From Halarcobacter sp. (GTDB taxonomy: Bacteria; Campylobacterota; Campylobacteria; Campylobacterales; Arcobacteraceae): a DNA stretch of 64,000 nt. Shown here one piece after another: positions 42,364-51,384 of the stretch (position 1 is the first letter of the stretch; the number at the start of each line of letters is the position of its first letter). The stretch spans positions 1,632,001-1,696,000 of the forward strand of contig OY781089.1 in NCBI GenBank assembly GCA_963676565.1, in the 5' to 3' direction. Under the pieces are notes generated by a model. That model searched no databases. It had not been told where the DNA came from and was given only the letters and a program-made list of their open reading frames with translations. The position numbers and the translations under genes are program-made.

Positions 42364-42402
42364 TAGAGACAATATTAATTTAGATTATTTTTATTGTCTC
42401 TA
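42364..42402 (+). terminator. Hairpin ending the ribosomal cluster
   Basis: tagagacaata/tattgtctcta inverted repeat after infA. Confidence 0.5.
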
Positions 42403-42450
42403 TATTATTTTGTGTTATAATATGTAAAAACTATTTAAGTGCATATTATA

Positions 42451-43701
42451 ATGAAAAACACAGAACTTCTTTCAAAACAAACTTTAGAAAATTTAAAACA
42501 GCAAAATAAATCTTTAAGCCCTGAAAACTATGAAAGGGAATTTTTTAAACTTTCAACACAACAAAATATAATTTTTGAAGAAAAAAAACAATTAGATTCT
42601 ATACAAAATAATTTATGCAAATTAGAGAAAAAATCAATTAAAGATGGTATTACTTTTAAAGAGATCTCAGAGATTTTAAGTAAAAGAATAAATAGCCAAC
42701 AAGTAAAACAATTTTTAAAAGATTTATCTTATTTTATGTCACCTTCTTTATCAAAGGATACCAAAAATGATATTGATAAATTGTGTGAAGAGATTTCAAA
42801 TAATCCAAATGAATTAATAAATATTGATAATCTTAGAAGATTACGTGAGTTAACAAATCTTAGAATAAAAGATGACAAGAATATTTATAATGAAAAAACT
42901 GAAGATATAAAAAAACTTATAAGATTTTTAGTTGAAATATTTACAAAAACTGTTAATGAAACAAATATTACCCTTGATAAAATTATTGAAATAAAAAAAG
43001 AAATAAAAAATTTAGATTTATCAGATTCTTCAACAAAACAAGTTAGTTTACTACATAAAAAATTAATTGATAATATTGATGAGATTGAAAGAAATCTAAA
43101 ATCAAATAACGATTCACTTTTAAACTCACAAAATAATACTGATGAATTATATAATCAAATTGAAAATTTAAAATGCAGTTTAGATAAAGCAGAAGAGGAA
43201 AAATCAATTGATTTTTTAACTGGTGTTTTAACAAGAAGGGCTTTTGCCCAAGAGAGTAAAAGAGCTGACAATGAGTATAATGTATTTGAAGCAAAATATG
43301 CTGTTGTATTTTTTGATATAGACCATTTCAAAAAAATAAATGATAATTTTGGGCATGACTGTGGTGATAGTGTACTTTATACCTTTGCTTCAATATTAAA
43401 TAAACTTACTAGAAATGAAGATATTATATGTAGATATGGTGGTGAAGAGTTTGTAGCAATAATTCATTATAATAGTTTATTTGATGTAACAAATTATCTA
43501 AAAAGAGTTAAGAATATTATATCAACTAATAAATTTGTTTATAAAGAGTATAAAATTGAAGTAAACTTTTCAGCTGGTGTTGCCTTTAGAACTAATTATC
43601 ATAACTTTGAGGAAACGTTAAATTTTGCTGACAAACTTCTATATAAAGCAAAAAATGCAGGAAGAAATAAAATTATACTAGATAATAACGAAGAGTTTTA
43701 A
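42451..43701 (+). CDS. Diguanylate cyclase (coiled coil plus GGEEF)
   Basis: DFLTGVLTR, DIDHFKKINDNFGHDCGD, RNED I-site, RYGGEEF, AKNAGRN. Confidence 0.95.
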   Translation: MKNTELLSKQTLENLKQQNKSLSPENYEREFFKLSTQQNIIFEEKKQLDSIQNNLCKLEKKSIKDGITFKEISEILSKRINSQQVKQFLKDLSYFMSPSLSKDTKNDIDKLCEEISNNPNELINIDNLRRLRELTNLRIKDDKNIYNEKTEDIKKLIRFLVEIFTKTVNETNITLDKIIEIKKEIKNLDLSDSSTKQVSLLHKKLIDNIDEIERNLKSNNDSLLNSQNNTDELYNQIENLKCSLDKAEEEKSIDFLTGVLTRRAFAQESKRADNEYNVFEAKYAVVFFDIDHFKKINDNFGHDCGDSVLYTFASILNKLTRNEDIICRYGGEEFVAIIHYNSLFDVTNYLKRVKNIISTNKFVYKEYKIEVNFSAGVAFRTNYHNFEETLNFADKLLYKAKNAGRNKIILDNNEEF

Positions 43702-43710
43702 TAAACACAA

Positions 43711-43766
43711 CTATGAAGACTAAATGTAATTCTGTCGCGCGTGAATTTACAAATAAGTCTTCATAG
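43711..43766. terminator. Long hairpin between convergent genes
   Basis: ctatgaagact/agtcttcatag outer stem, tgtaattc/gaatttaca inner stem. Confidence 0.5.
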
Positions 43767-43772
43767 AACTAT

Positions 43773-43985
43773 TTATTTAATTCTATTTTTTGTTAAATTT
43801 ATCTCTTCTTCAATAAACTTTTTTTGTTCAATCATAAAATCTAAATGCTTTTTTAATAATTCTCTATCTGCATAGGATTTTATAATAAAATCATACAATT
43901 TAGGTCTATTTTTTTTCCAATTATGTAAGGTTGTTTTATTTACTTCTAAATCTTCTTCTAATTTTCTAAAACTTGGTATACTCAT
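43773..43985 (-). CDS. Small HTH DNA-binding protein with C-terminal coiled coil (70 aa)
   Basis: RKLEEDLEVNKTTLHNWKK HTH pattern; AAGGA RBS; TTGACT-17-TACTAT promoter at 44035-44007. Confidence 0.75.
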   Translation of the reverse strand: MSIPSFRKLEEDLEVNKTTLHNWKKNRPKLYDFIIKSYADRELLKKHLDFMIEQKKFIEEEINLTKNRIK

Positions 43986-43999
43986 TATAATCCTTGTGT

Positions 44000-44078
44000 G
44001 AACAATATAGTACAAAATATTGGAATAAAAGTCAATATATTTATAAAATTTGTACTAAATATTGGAACAAATATGTAC
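44000..44078. promoter_or_regulatory. Array of GAAC/GTAC half-sites (putative operator)
   Basis: gtac(a/t)aaatattggaa at 44010 and 44052; GAAC-N6-GTAC at 44000 and 44065. Confidence 0.6.
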
Positions 44079-44105
44079 AAAAGAAGTTTTTTTGTAAAAT
44101 TCAAT

Positions 44106-44774
44106 ATGACAAAAACAGTTAAAAATAAAATTTTACACCAGCTAAATTTTCTAAAGACTATTGGTTATAACTATCATGAAACAGTTACAATCTCAAATTT
44201 TGATGTAAATGGAAACAGCCTACCTAATAATTTAAATGAGCTAAATCTAATTATGGAAAACTGTTATTTATGTGAACTGTCGAAATCAAGAAGAAATGTT
44301 TTATGTGGGCAAGGAAATCCTAATGCCCAAATAATGTTTGTTGCAGATGAGCCAACTGCTAGTGAAGATGAATTAAAAAGTTTTTTTGTGGGTAAAACAG
44401 GTGAAACCTTAGCCAAAATGATTGAAAATGTATTACTATTAAAAAAAGAGGATGTATTTATAACTACTTTAACAAAATGCAAAAGTTTAGATACTATAAC
44501 TCCTGCATGTTTTAATAGTTGTAGTTCATATTTATATAAACAAATTGATATTATTAAACCTAAATTAATTGTTCTTTTAGGTGAAAAAACATATCAATAT
44601 TTATGTAATGACTCAAGTAGTTCATTTTTGAAAGTTAGAGGTCAATTGACAAAATTCAATGAGTATGATGTTTTACCAACCCATAGTATCTCATATCTTT
44701 TAAGGAACCCTTCTTCAAAAAAAGAAGCCTTTCATGATATGCTTAAAATTAAATCTATTTTGGAGTTAAATTGA
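44106..44774 (+). CDS. Uracil-DNA glycosylase family 4-like Fe-S protein
   Basis: CYLCELSKSR, GQGNPNAQIMFV, FVGKTG, KC...C, KPKLIVLLG, YLLRNPS. Confidence 0.85.
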   Translation: MTKTVKNKILHQLNFLKTIGYNYHETVTISNFDVNGNSLPNNLNELNLIMENCYLCELSKSRRNVLCGQGNPNAQIMFVADEPTASEDELKSFFVGKTGETLAKMIENVLLLKKEDVFITTLTKCKSLDTITPACFNSCSSYLYKQIDIIKPKLIVLLGEKTYQYLCNDSSSSFLKVRGQLTKFNEYDVLPTHSISYLLRNPSSKKEAFHDMLKIKSILELN

Positions 44775-45967
44775 AAAATATAATATTAATATTGCTTGCA
44801 TTTTTTGTTCTTATAGGATGTGCCCCTAAAGAAGTTGTTATTGATAGAAAACAAGTTAAAACGGAAAAAGAAGAGCTTGTTTTAATTCAAAATGAGTCAA
44901 ATCCAGGTTCATTATTTTATCAAAGAAAAAAAGAAAAAGTTATTATTGAAGATGATAGTATAAATAAAATTGCTATTTTATATCCATCAAGAATAGTAGG
45001 AAAATATGCTAAAAGTACAATTAGTACAATCTCTGCTTTTTTGATTTACAATGATAAGCCCTTTGTAATTGAAACATTTGATACATATGATGAAAATCCA
45101 GAAAATATTTTAGAACAAGTTAATCTTTTAAAAGAGAATGGTTTCACAAAAGTTATTGCAATGTTTACCTCTAATGGTTTTAATACATTAAATTTAGATA
45201 GTGATAGCTCTTTTGCAAATTTTTATTTTCCTTTAATTAACAAATCAGAAGTTAAAACATATAAGTCAAACTTTATTTTTGGTGGAATTTCATATGATGA
45301 TCAATTACAAATATTAGAAACATTGTCAACTAATAGAAATACAATGTTTTATGTTAAATCATATCTTGGAAATAAATTAAAAGAATCATATGAACAAATA
45401 TTTTCAAACCCAGGGATAATTAAAGAGATAGAAAGAGCTAATAATAGATATAAATATATAATGGAAGATGAAAGAATTGTAGGAAATACAATTATTGTTA
45501 ATACTCCAATTGTAAAAACTTCAATTATTCTTTCTCAACTTACAGCCTTTGAAGTCAATCCCTTAAAAGTATTATCTACTCAATTAAATTATAATCCCCT
45601 TTTAATAAAACTAACTCAAGAAAGAGATAGAGAAAACTTTTTTGTTGTAAGTTCTATTGAAGAGGTTGATAGCTTTCTAGAAGAGTATACAAAACTTCTT
45701 GGGGGTGATGTGACATATAATTGGGTTGATTATTCATCTTTAGTTGGAGCAAACTATTTATTGTTTTCTCAATATGCACAAGATAAACAAGAAGAAAAAG
45801 CTAATAATTTCATAATCATGAAAGAAAAAGATGAGAATGGTAAAGAGTTAATAAAAGATAGAAATGAAGAGATTGTAAAAACAAAAATTATTGAGAACCA
45901 AGCAGATTATAAACCTACATTATATGGAACAACCCCATATGGCTTTTCTAAAATGGAACTTAATTAA
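44771..45967 (+). CDS. Hypothetical lipoprotein
   Basis: LIGC lipobox; KIAILYPS periplasmic-binding-like start. Confidence 0.75.
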   Translation: MKNIILILLAFFVLIGCAPKEVVIDRKQVKTEKEELVLIQNESNPGSLFYQRKKEKVIIEDDSINKIAILYPSRIVGKYAKSTISTISAFLIYNDKPFVIETFDTYDENPENILEQVNLLKENGFTKVIAMFTSNGFNTLNLDSDSSFANFYFPLINKSEVKTYKSNFIFGGISYDDQLQILETLSTNRNTMFYVKSYLGNKLKESYEQIFSNPGIIKEIERANNRYKYIMEDERIVGNTIIVNTPIVKTSIILSQLTAFEVNPLKVLSTQLNYNPLLIKLTQERDRENFFVVSSIEEVDSFLEEYTKLLGGDVTYNWVDYSSLVGANYLLFSQYAQDKQEEKANNFIIMKEKDENGKELIKDRNEEIVKTKIIENQADYKPTLYGTTPYGFSKMELN

Positions 45968-46024
45968 GTAAAATTTAGATATAATCGCGAATTATTAAAA
46001 AAAGATATATAGACGGAGTCAGAT

Positions 46025-47788
46025 TTGAGAACGCATTATTGTACAGAAGTAACAGAAAAAAACATTGACGAAATTGTAACAGTAGCTGGATGGGTAAACA
46101 GTAGAAGAGACCACGGTGGAATTATTTTTATTGACTTAAGAGATAGAGGTGGTTTAGTTCAACTAGTTTGTGACCCAGCAGATAATAAAGATGCATGGGA
46201 AGTAGCTGACAGTGTAAGAGATGAGTTTGTTTTAATTGCAACAGGTAAAGTAAGAGCTAGAGGTGAAGGTTTAGAAAATCCAAATCTTATCACTGGAAAA
46301 ATCGAAATTGTTGTTGAAAAGTTAGTTATTGAAAACAAATCAAAACCTATGCCTTTTGAATTAGGTGATGAAAAAGTTAATGAAGAGATTAGATTAAGAA
46401 ATAGATTTTTAGAATTAAGAACAAAAAGATCTCTTGATATTTTTAAATTAAGAAGTACAGCAAATATTGCAGTTAGAAATTGCCTAAATGATTTAGGATT
46501 TTTAGATGTTGAGACTCCAATTTTAACAAAATCAACTCCAGAAGGTGCTAGAGATTATCTTGTTCCAAGTAGAGTTCACCCAGGTGAATTTTATGCATTA
46601 CCACAATCTCCACAATTATTTAAACAATTATTGATGGTATCTGGGTTTGACAAATATTTCCAAATTGCTAAATGTTTTAGAGATGAAGACTTAAGAGCAG
46701 ATAGACAACCAGAATTTACTCAAATAGATGTTGAGATGAGTTTCTGTAATCAAGAGGATGTGATTAAAGTAGCTGAAAAATTAATTCATGATACATTTAC
46801 AGCTTGTGGTAAAGATGTTCCATCAACTTTCCCAAGAATTACATATAAAGACGCAATGGAAAAATATGGTTCTGACAAACCTGATATGAGATTTGATATG
46901 GCAATGGTTGATGTTATTGATATTTTTGCAAACTCAACTAATGAAATTTTTGCTTCAATTGCACAAGATAAGAAAAACAATAGAATCAAAGCCCTAAGAT
47001 GTCCAAATGGAGATAACCTATTCTCAAAAAGACAAATGAAAGGTTTTGAAGATTATGTTAGAAAATTTGGAGCTAAAGGTTTAGGTTACTTCCAAATGAA
47101 AGAGGACGGTTTAAAAGGTCCTTTAACTAAATTCTTCTCTGAAGAGGATTTAGAAGCAATCGTAAAAACAACAGAGTTAGAAGTTGGAGACGTTGTATTC
47201 TTTGGAGCAGGGGACAAAAAAACTGTTTGTGATTATATGGGAAGATTTAGACTTTACCTTGCAGAGCAAATGGATATTATTCCTGCAGATGCTTATGAAT
47301 TTATCTGGGTTGTTGATTTCCCAATGTTTGAAACAGAAGATGGAAAAACAAAAGCACTTCACCACCCATTTACAATGCCAAATTTAGAAAAATGTGATTT
47401 AAATAATGTTGAAGATTTAGAAGACATTGAATCTATTGCTTATGATATCGTATTAAATGGTACAGAATTAGGTGGTGGTTCAATTAGAATTCACAAAGAA
47501 GAGATTCAAGAAAAAGTATTCGAACTTATGGGAATCTCTCAAGAAGAAGCTAATGAGAAATTTGGATTCTTACTTGAAGCATTAAGATATGGTGCTCCAA
47601 GTCACGGAGGTTTTGCTTTAGGTTTTGATAGAATGATTATGTTACTAGCTGGAACTGATTCAATTAGAGATGTAATTGCATTCCCTAAAACTCAAAGAGC
47701 TCAATGTTTATTAACTCAAGCACCAAGTGAAGTTGATAATGATCAATTAAAAGAACTTGCCCTAAGAGTTAGAAAAACAGAAATCTAA
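46025..47788 (+). CDS. aspS: Aspartate--tRNA ligase
   Basis: [58 protein letters not shown]. Confidence 0.99.
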   Translation: MRTHYCTEVTEKNIDEIVTVAGWVNSRRDHGGIIFIDLRDRGGLVQLVCDPADNKDAWEVADSVRDEFVLIATGKVRARGEGLENPNLITGKIEIVVEKLVIENKSKPMPFELGDEKVNEEIRLRNRFLELRTKRSLDIFKLRSTANIAVRNCLNDLGFLDVETPILTKSTPEGARDYLVPSRVHPGEFYALPQSPQLFKQLLMVSGFDKYFQIAKCFRDEDLRADRQPEFTQIDVEMSFCNQEDVIKVAEKLIHDTFTACGKDVPSTFPRITYKDAMEKYGSDKPDMRFDMAMVDVIDIFANSTNEIFASIAQDKKNNRIKALRCPNGDNLFSKRQMKGFEDYVRKFGAKGLGYFQMKEDGLKGPLTKFFSEEDLEAIVKTTELEVGDVVFFGAGDKKTVCDYMGRFRLYLAEQMDIIPADAYEFIWVVDFPMFETEDGKTKALHHPFTMPNLEKCDLNNVEDLEDIESIAYDIVLNGTELGGGSIRIHKEEIQEKVFELMGISQEEANEKFGFLLEALRYGAPSHGGFALGFDRMIMLLAGTDSIRDVIAFPKTQRAQCLLTQAPSEVDNDQLKELALRVRKTEI

Positions 47789-47805
47789 TTAGAAAAAGAG
47801 GTAGT

Positions 47806-48603
47806 ATGAAAAAGACATTCTTAATACTACTTCTTTTCACAACATTTTTATTCTGCCGAGACACTGTCACAATTACTTATCCTGTACAGGAATATTTTAT
47901 AAAAAAAATAGCTAATGATGAAGTTTATATAAAAACAATCTTTTTAGAAGATAATGACTTATCAAAAATTGAAGATAAAACTTTTGATGATTTAGCTTTT
48001 AGCAAATATTATTTTACACAAAATTTGCCAGTTGAAAAAAAAATCATTGATATCTTAAAATCTAAGAATAAAGAGATAAAAGTTATTAATCTTGATAAAA
48101 ATATCTTAAAACTTAAAACTAAAAATGGTTTAAATAATCCTTATATTTGGATGGATCCAGTTCTTTGTAGAGAGTATGCAAAAAACATCTATGAAGAATT
48201 AGTAAATATGCAAGAATATAACAAAAAGTTTTTTAAAATTAACTACGAAAAATTTTTAGAAGAATTAGACGAAACATATTTATATTTAAAAGAAAGAATT
48301 GATAGGTCTGAAGTTTATGGATTTTTGGCATTTAATGAAAAACTTGATTACTTTGCTAAAAGATTTAGACTAGATGTATATCACAAAGAAAATAGAGTGA
48401 TTAATTTAAATGAAGTTTCAAGTTTTTTAGAATTTTCTCAAAAAGTGCATTTACGACATATCATTCTTGATGTTGGCAATAATTATAAAATTGCACAATC
48501 TTATGCAAACTATATAGATGGACAAATTATTGAAATTGATGTTTTTGAAAGAAATTGGAAAATATCTCTTTATGCTTTAGTTAGAAGATTGACTACTTTA
48601 TAA
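47806..48603 (+). CDS. ZnuA/TroA-like periplasmic binding protein lacking His ligands
   Basis: Signal peptide, NPYIWMDP, NYEKFLEELD, LDYFAKRFRL pattern. Confidence 0.75.
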   Translation: MKKTFLILLLFTTFLFCRDTVTITYPVQEYFIKKIANDEVYIKTIFLEDNDLSKIEDKTFDDLAFSKYYFTQNLPVEKKIIDILKSKNKEIKVINLDKNILKLKTKNGLNNPYIWMDPVLCREYAKNIYEELVNMQEYNKKFFKINYEKFLEELDETYLYLKERIDRSEVYGFLAFNEKLDYFAKRFRLDVYHKENRVINLNEVSSFLEFSQKVHLRHIILDVGNNYKIAQSYANYIDGQIIEIDVFERNWKISLYALVRRLTTL

Positions 48604-48725
48604 AACCCCTTTTTTTGATCATAATAAAAAATTATTTATTTAAAAAGTAGATTTTTTATACAGTTGTATAAAAGCCTTTTTTTTGATATGTAGTATCATT
48701 ATACTATCAAAAATGAAGGAAATTT

Positions 48726-51302
48726 ATGTCAAAAAATCTAATCAATTATAAAGGTATAAATGTAAAAAAAGAGCTCTATCCCATAATAAAATATATTGAA
48801 GATGTTGAAAAATATAGAGAAGAGTTGGGAACTTTAAGTTCATCTTGGGATATCTATGCACTTTTAGGACAACTAGGAGATATAAATATTGATATTGGGA
48901 AAACAAAAGAAAACTTTTTAAATCTTACTTCAACTTTATTAAATCATTTAAGTGAAGAAACAATCAAAAAAGTAACTGCCGAAATGAACTTTAAAGCACA
49001 AGTTGCAATTGATATTGTTATAAGAAATCTTTTTGAAAGGACAGCTGATATTGGCTTTCTTGCAACAGATGATGATATTAGATATTTTATTAAAAATTAT
49101 GTTTCAAAATATAATGATGATAGCAAAGGTTTAAAAGATAAAATAAAGAATAGATTTCAAGAATATGTTGATAAGTATTCTGTTTATTTTGACATTGTTC
49201 TAGCAGATAGAAATGGAAGAATCTTATCAAGACTAGATGATAATACTCCTGGAGATTTTATAGATAAAAAATTTATTGATAAAGTTGTTAATACTAGTGA
49301 TGAGTATGTAGAAACTTATCAGTCCCATGATTTTTTACCAAAATTAAATAGGTCATTAGTATATTCTTATAAAGTTACAGAAAATAATGATCCCAACTCT
49401 ACAACAATGGGAGTTTTATGTTTATGTTTTAAATTTATTGATGAGATGAGAGGTGTATTTGATAATTTAATTGATTCTTCAAATAAAGAGTGTCTAGTTT
49501 TATTAGATGAAAATGGTTATGTTATAGCTTCAAGTGATAGAAATCATATTCCATGGGATGTAAAAGTACCTATTGTAAAAGATGAAACTTATAAAATTAT
49601 AACTTTTCAAGGTAGAGACTATATAGCAAAAAGTTGTGAAACTAAGGGATATCAAGGTTTTATGGGTTTAAATTGGTATGGTCATATAATGATTCCTTTA
49701 GAATATGCTTTTTTAAGTGATGTATTAAATGACGTAAATTATGATAAAAAAGTTATTGATTCAATGATGGAAAATGAAAACCATTTCTCAAAAGATTTAA
49801 AAGAGGTATTTAATAAAAGTAAAACTATTCAAGATAATCTAAGTCGTGTAATTTGGAATGGTAATATTGCTCAAAGTAAATTAAACTCTTCAAATAGAGG
49901 GTTTTCTAAATCCCTTTTAAATGAGATTGGAATTACAGGTACTAAAGCAAATTCCTCTTTAAATAATTTAAATAAAACTATTATAAGTTCAATTTTGAAA
50001 GATAGTGAATTTTTATCATCTTTGGCAATTGATATTATGGATAGAAACCTTTATGAAAGAGCAAATGATTGTAGATGGTGGGCTTTAACATCATCTTTTA
50101 GAGAGATGTTTGATGAGCCTTCTTCTTTAATTTATCATGAAAAGCAGATCTCTTCAATTTTAAAATATATCAATGATTTATATACAGTTTACACCAATTT
50201 AATGGTATTTGATAAAGATGGGAAGATTGTAGCTGTATCAAATGATGATGAAAAACATCTTGTAGGAAAAGTATTATCTCAAAATTGGGTTGGTGATACT
50301 TTTAAATTACAAGATACACAAGAGTATTGTGTTTCAAGATTTGAAAAAACAAATTTATACAATAATGAGTCAACCTATGTTTATTGCGCTGCAATTAGGT
50401 CATCTAAAGATGATTCAATTATAAATGGTGGGATTGCCATTGTATTTGATTCAAAACCACAATTCAAAGCTATGCTTGAAGATTGTTTGCCTACAAAAAA
50501 CGATGGAGTTTATGCTTTTTTTACAAATAGAGATAAAACAATTATCTCAACAACAAGTGAAAAATATGAAGTTGGTTCAAGACTTGAAATTGATGATAAA
50601 TTTTTCGAACTTAAAAATGGTGAAAAACTAAGTGAAATTATAGAAAGAAATGGTAAATACTATGCTATTGGAGTTAGATGCTCAAGTGGGTATAGAGAAT
50701 ATAAAAGTAGTAATGATAAATATAAAAATGATGTTTTATCTTTTGTTTTTATTTATATAGGTGAAAAGAAAGAGAAATTAATTTACAAAGAAAGCAGTAC
50801 AGAGAAGTTTTTAAATAAAAGTACAAATAAAAAGTTTGATGAAAACAGTGTAGAACTAGCAACATTTTATTTAGGAAATAAATTTTTGGCAGTTGAAGCA
50901 TCAAATGTAATTGAGTCTGTAGGAATTGAGCAGTTACAAGAATCAATAGAAATGGACAAGAAAAACCACTTTAAAGGGATGGTTTTACATAAAGAAAGAT
51001 TAATCTCCGTACTTGATATAAGAGATTTTTTAAATGAAGAGATAAAAGACAATGAAGTAGATAATATTATTCTTTTTGAATACGATAAAGATAATAAAGG
51101 ACATTGTGTTGGAATTTTAGTTTCTTCCCTTGAAAGTATTTCAGTTGTTCAAAGATCTTCAATACAAAATATTGAAAGTCATTTTTTAGGTTCAGGAACA
51201 CTAATTAAAAGTTTAGTTGATATAAATGATTTTGGAGAATCACAAGTTGCTATGTTACTTGATATTAAAAAGATTGATGAAAATTTAACTGAAAATTTAT
51301 AA
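48726..51302 (+). CDS. Cytoplasmic tandem Cache-like sensor fused to C-terminal CheW
   Basis: Two AIDI..RNL(F/Y)ER..D modules; C-terminal LATFYLG...GMVLHKERLISVLDI...VGILVSSL CheW pattern; no TM. Confidence 0.8.
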   Translation: MSKNLINYKGINVKKELYPIIKYIEDVEKYREELGTLSSSWDIYALLGQLGDINIDIGKTKENFLNLTSTLLNHLSEETIKKVTAEMNFKAQVAIDIVIRNLFERTADIGFLATDDDIRYFIKNYVSKYNDDSKGLKDKIKNRFQEYVDKYSVYFDIVLADRNGRILSRLDDNTPGDFIDKKFIDKVVNTSDEYVETYQSHDFLPKLNRSLVYSYKVTENNDPNSTTMGVLCLCFKFIDEMRGVFDNLIDSSNKECLVLLDENGYVIASSDRNHIPWDVKVPIVKDETYKIITFQGRDYIAKSCETKGYQGFMGLNWYGHIMIPLEYAFLSDVLNDVNYDKKVIDSMMENENHFSKDLKEVFNKSKTIQDNLSRVIWNGNIAQSKLNSSNRGFSKSLLNEIGITGTKANSSLNNLNKTIISSILKDSEFLSSLAIDIMDRNLYERANDCRWWALTSSFREMFDEPSSLIYHEKQISSILKYINDLYTVYTNLMVFDKDGKIVAVSNDDEKHLVGKVLSQNWVGDTFKLQDTQEYCVSRFEKTNLYNNESTYVYCAAIRSSKDDSIINGGIAIVFDSKPQFKAMLEDCLPTKNDGVYAFFTNRDKTIISTTSEKYEVGSRLEIDDKFFELKNGEKLSEIIERNGKYYAIGVRCSSGYREYKSSNDKYKNDVLSFVFIYIGEKKEKLIYKESSTEKFLNKSTNKKFDENSVELATFYLGNKFLAVEASNVIESVGIEQLQESIEMDKKNHFKGMVLHKERLISVLDIRDFLNEEIKDNEVDNIILFEYDKDNKGHCVGILVSSLESISVVQRSSIQNIESHFLGSGTLIKSLVDINDFGESQVAMLLDIKKIDENLTENL

Positions 51303-51384
51303 TTAGAATTAAAGTCTTAAATATATGTAGATTAACAAAGATTTTGGCACAATACGAAAAAATATATAAAGAGTCAAAATTTAA

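Noticed and set aside
43998..44105. N-terminal extension of the UDG-like ORF overlapping the HTH ORF
   Set aside because: Better starts are ATG 44106 and ATG 43985; the interval holds promoters and repeats
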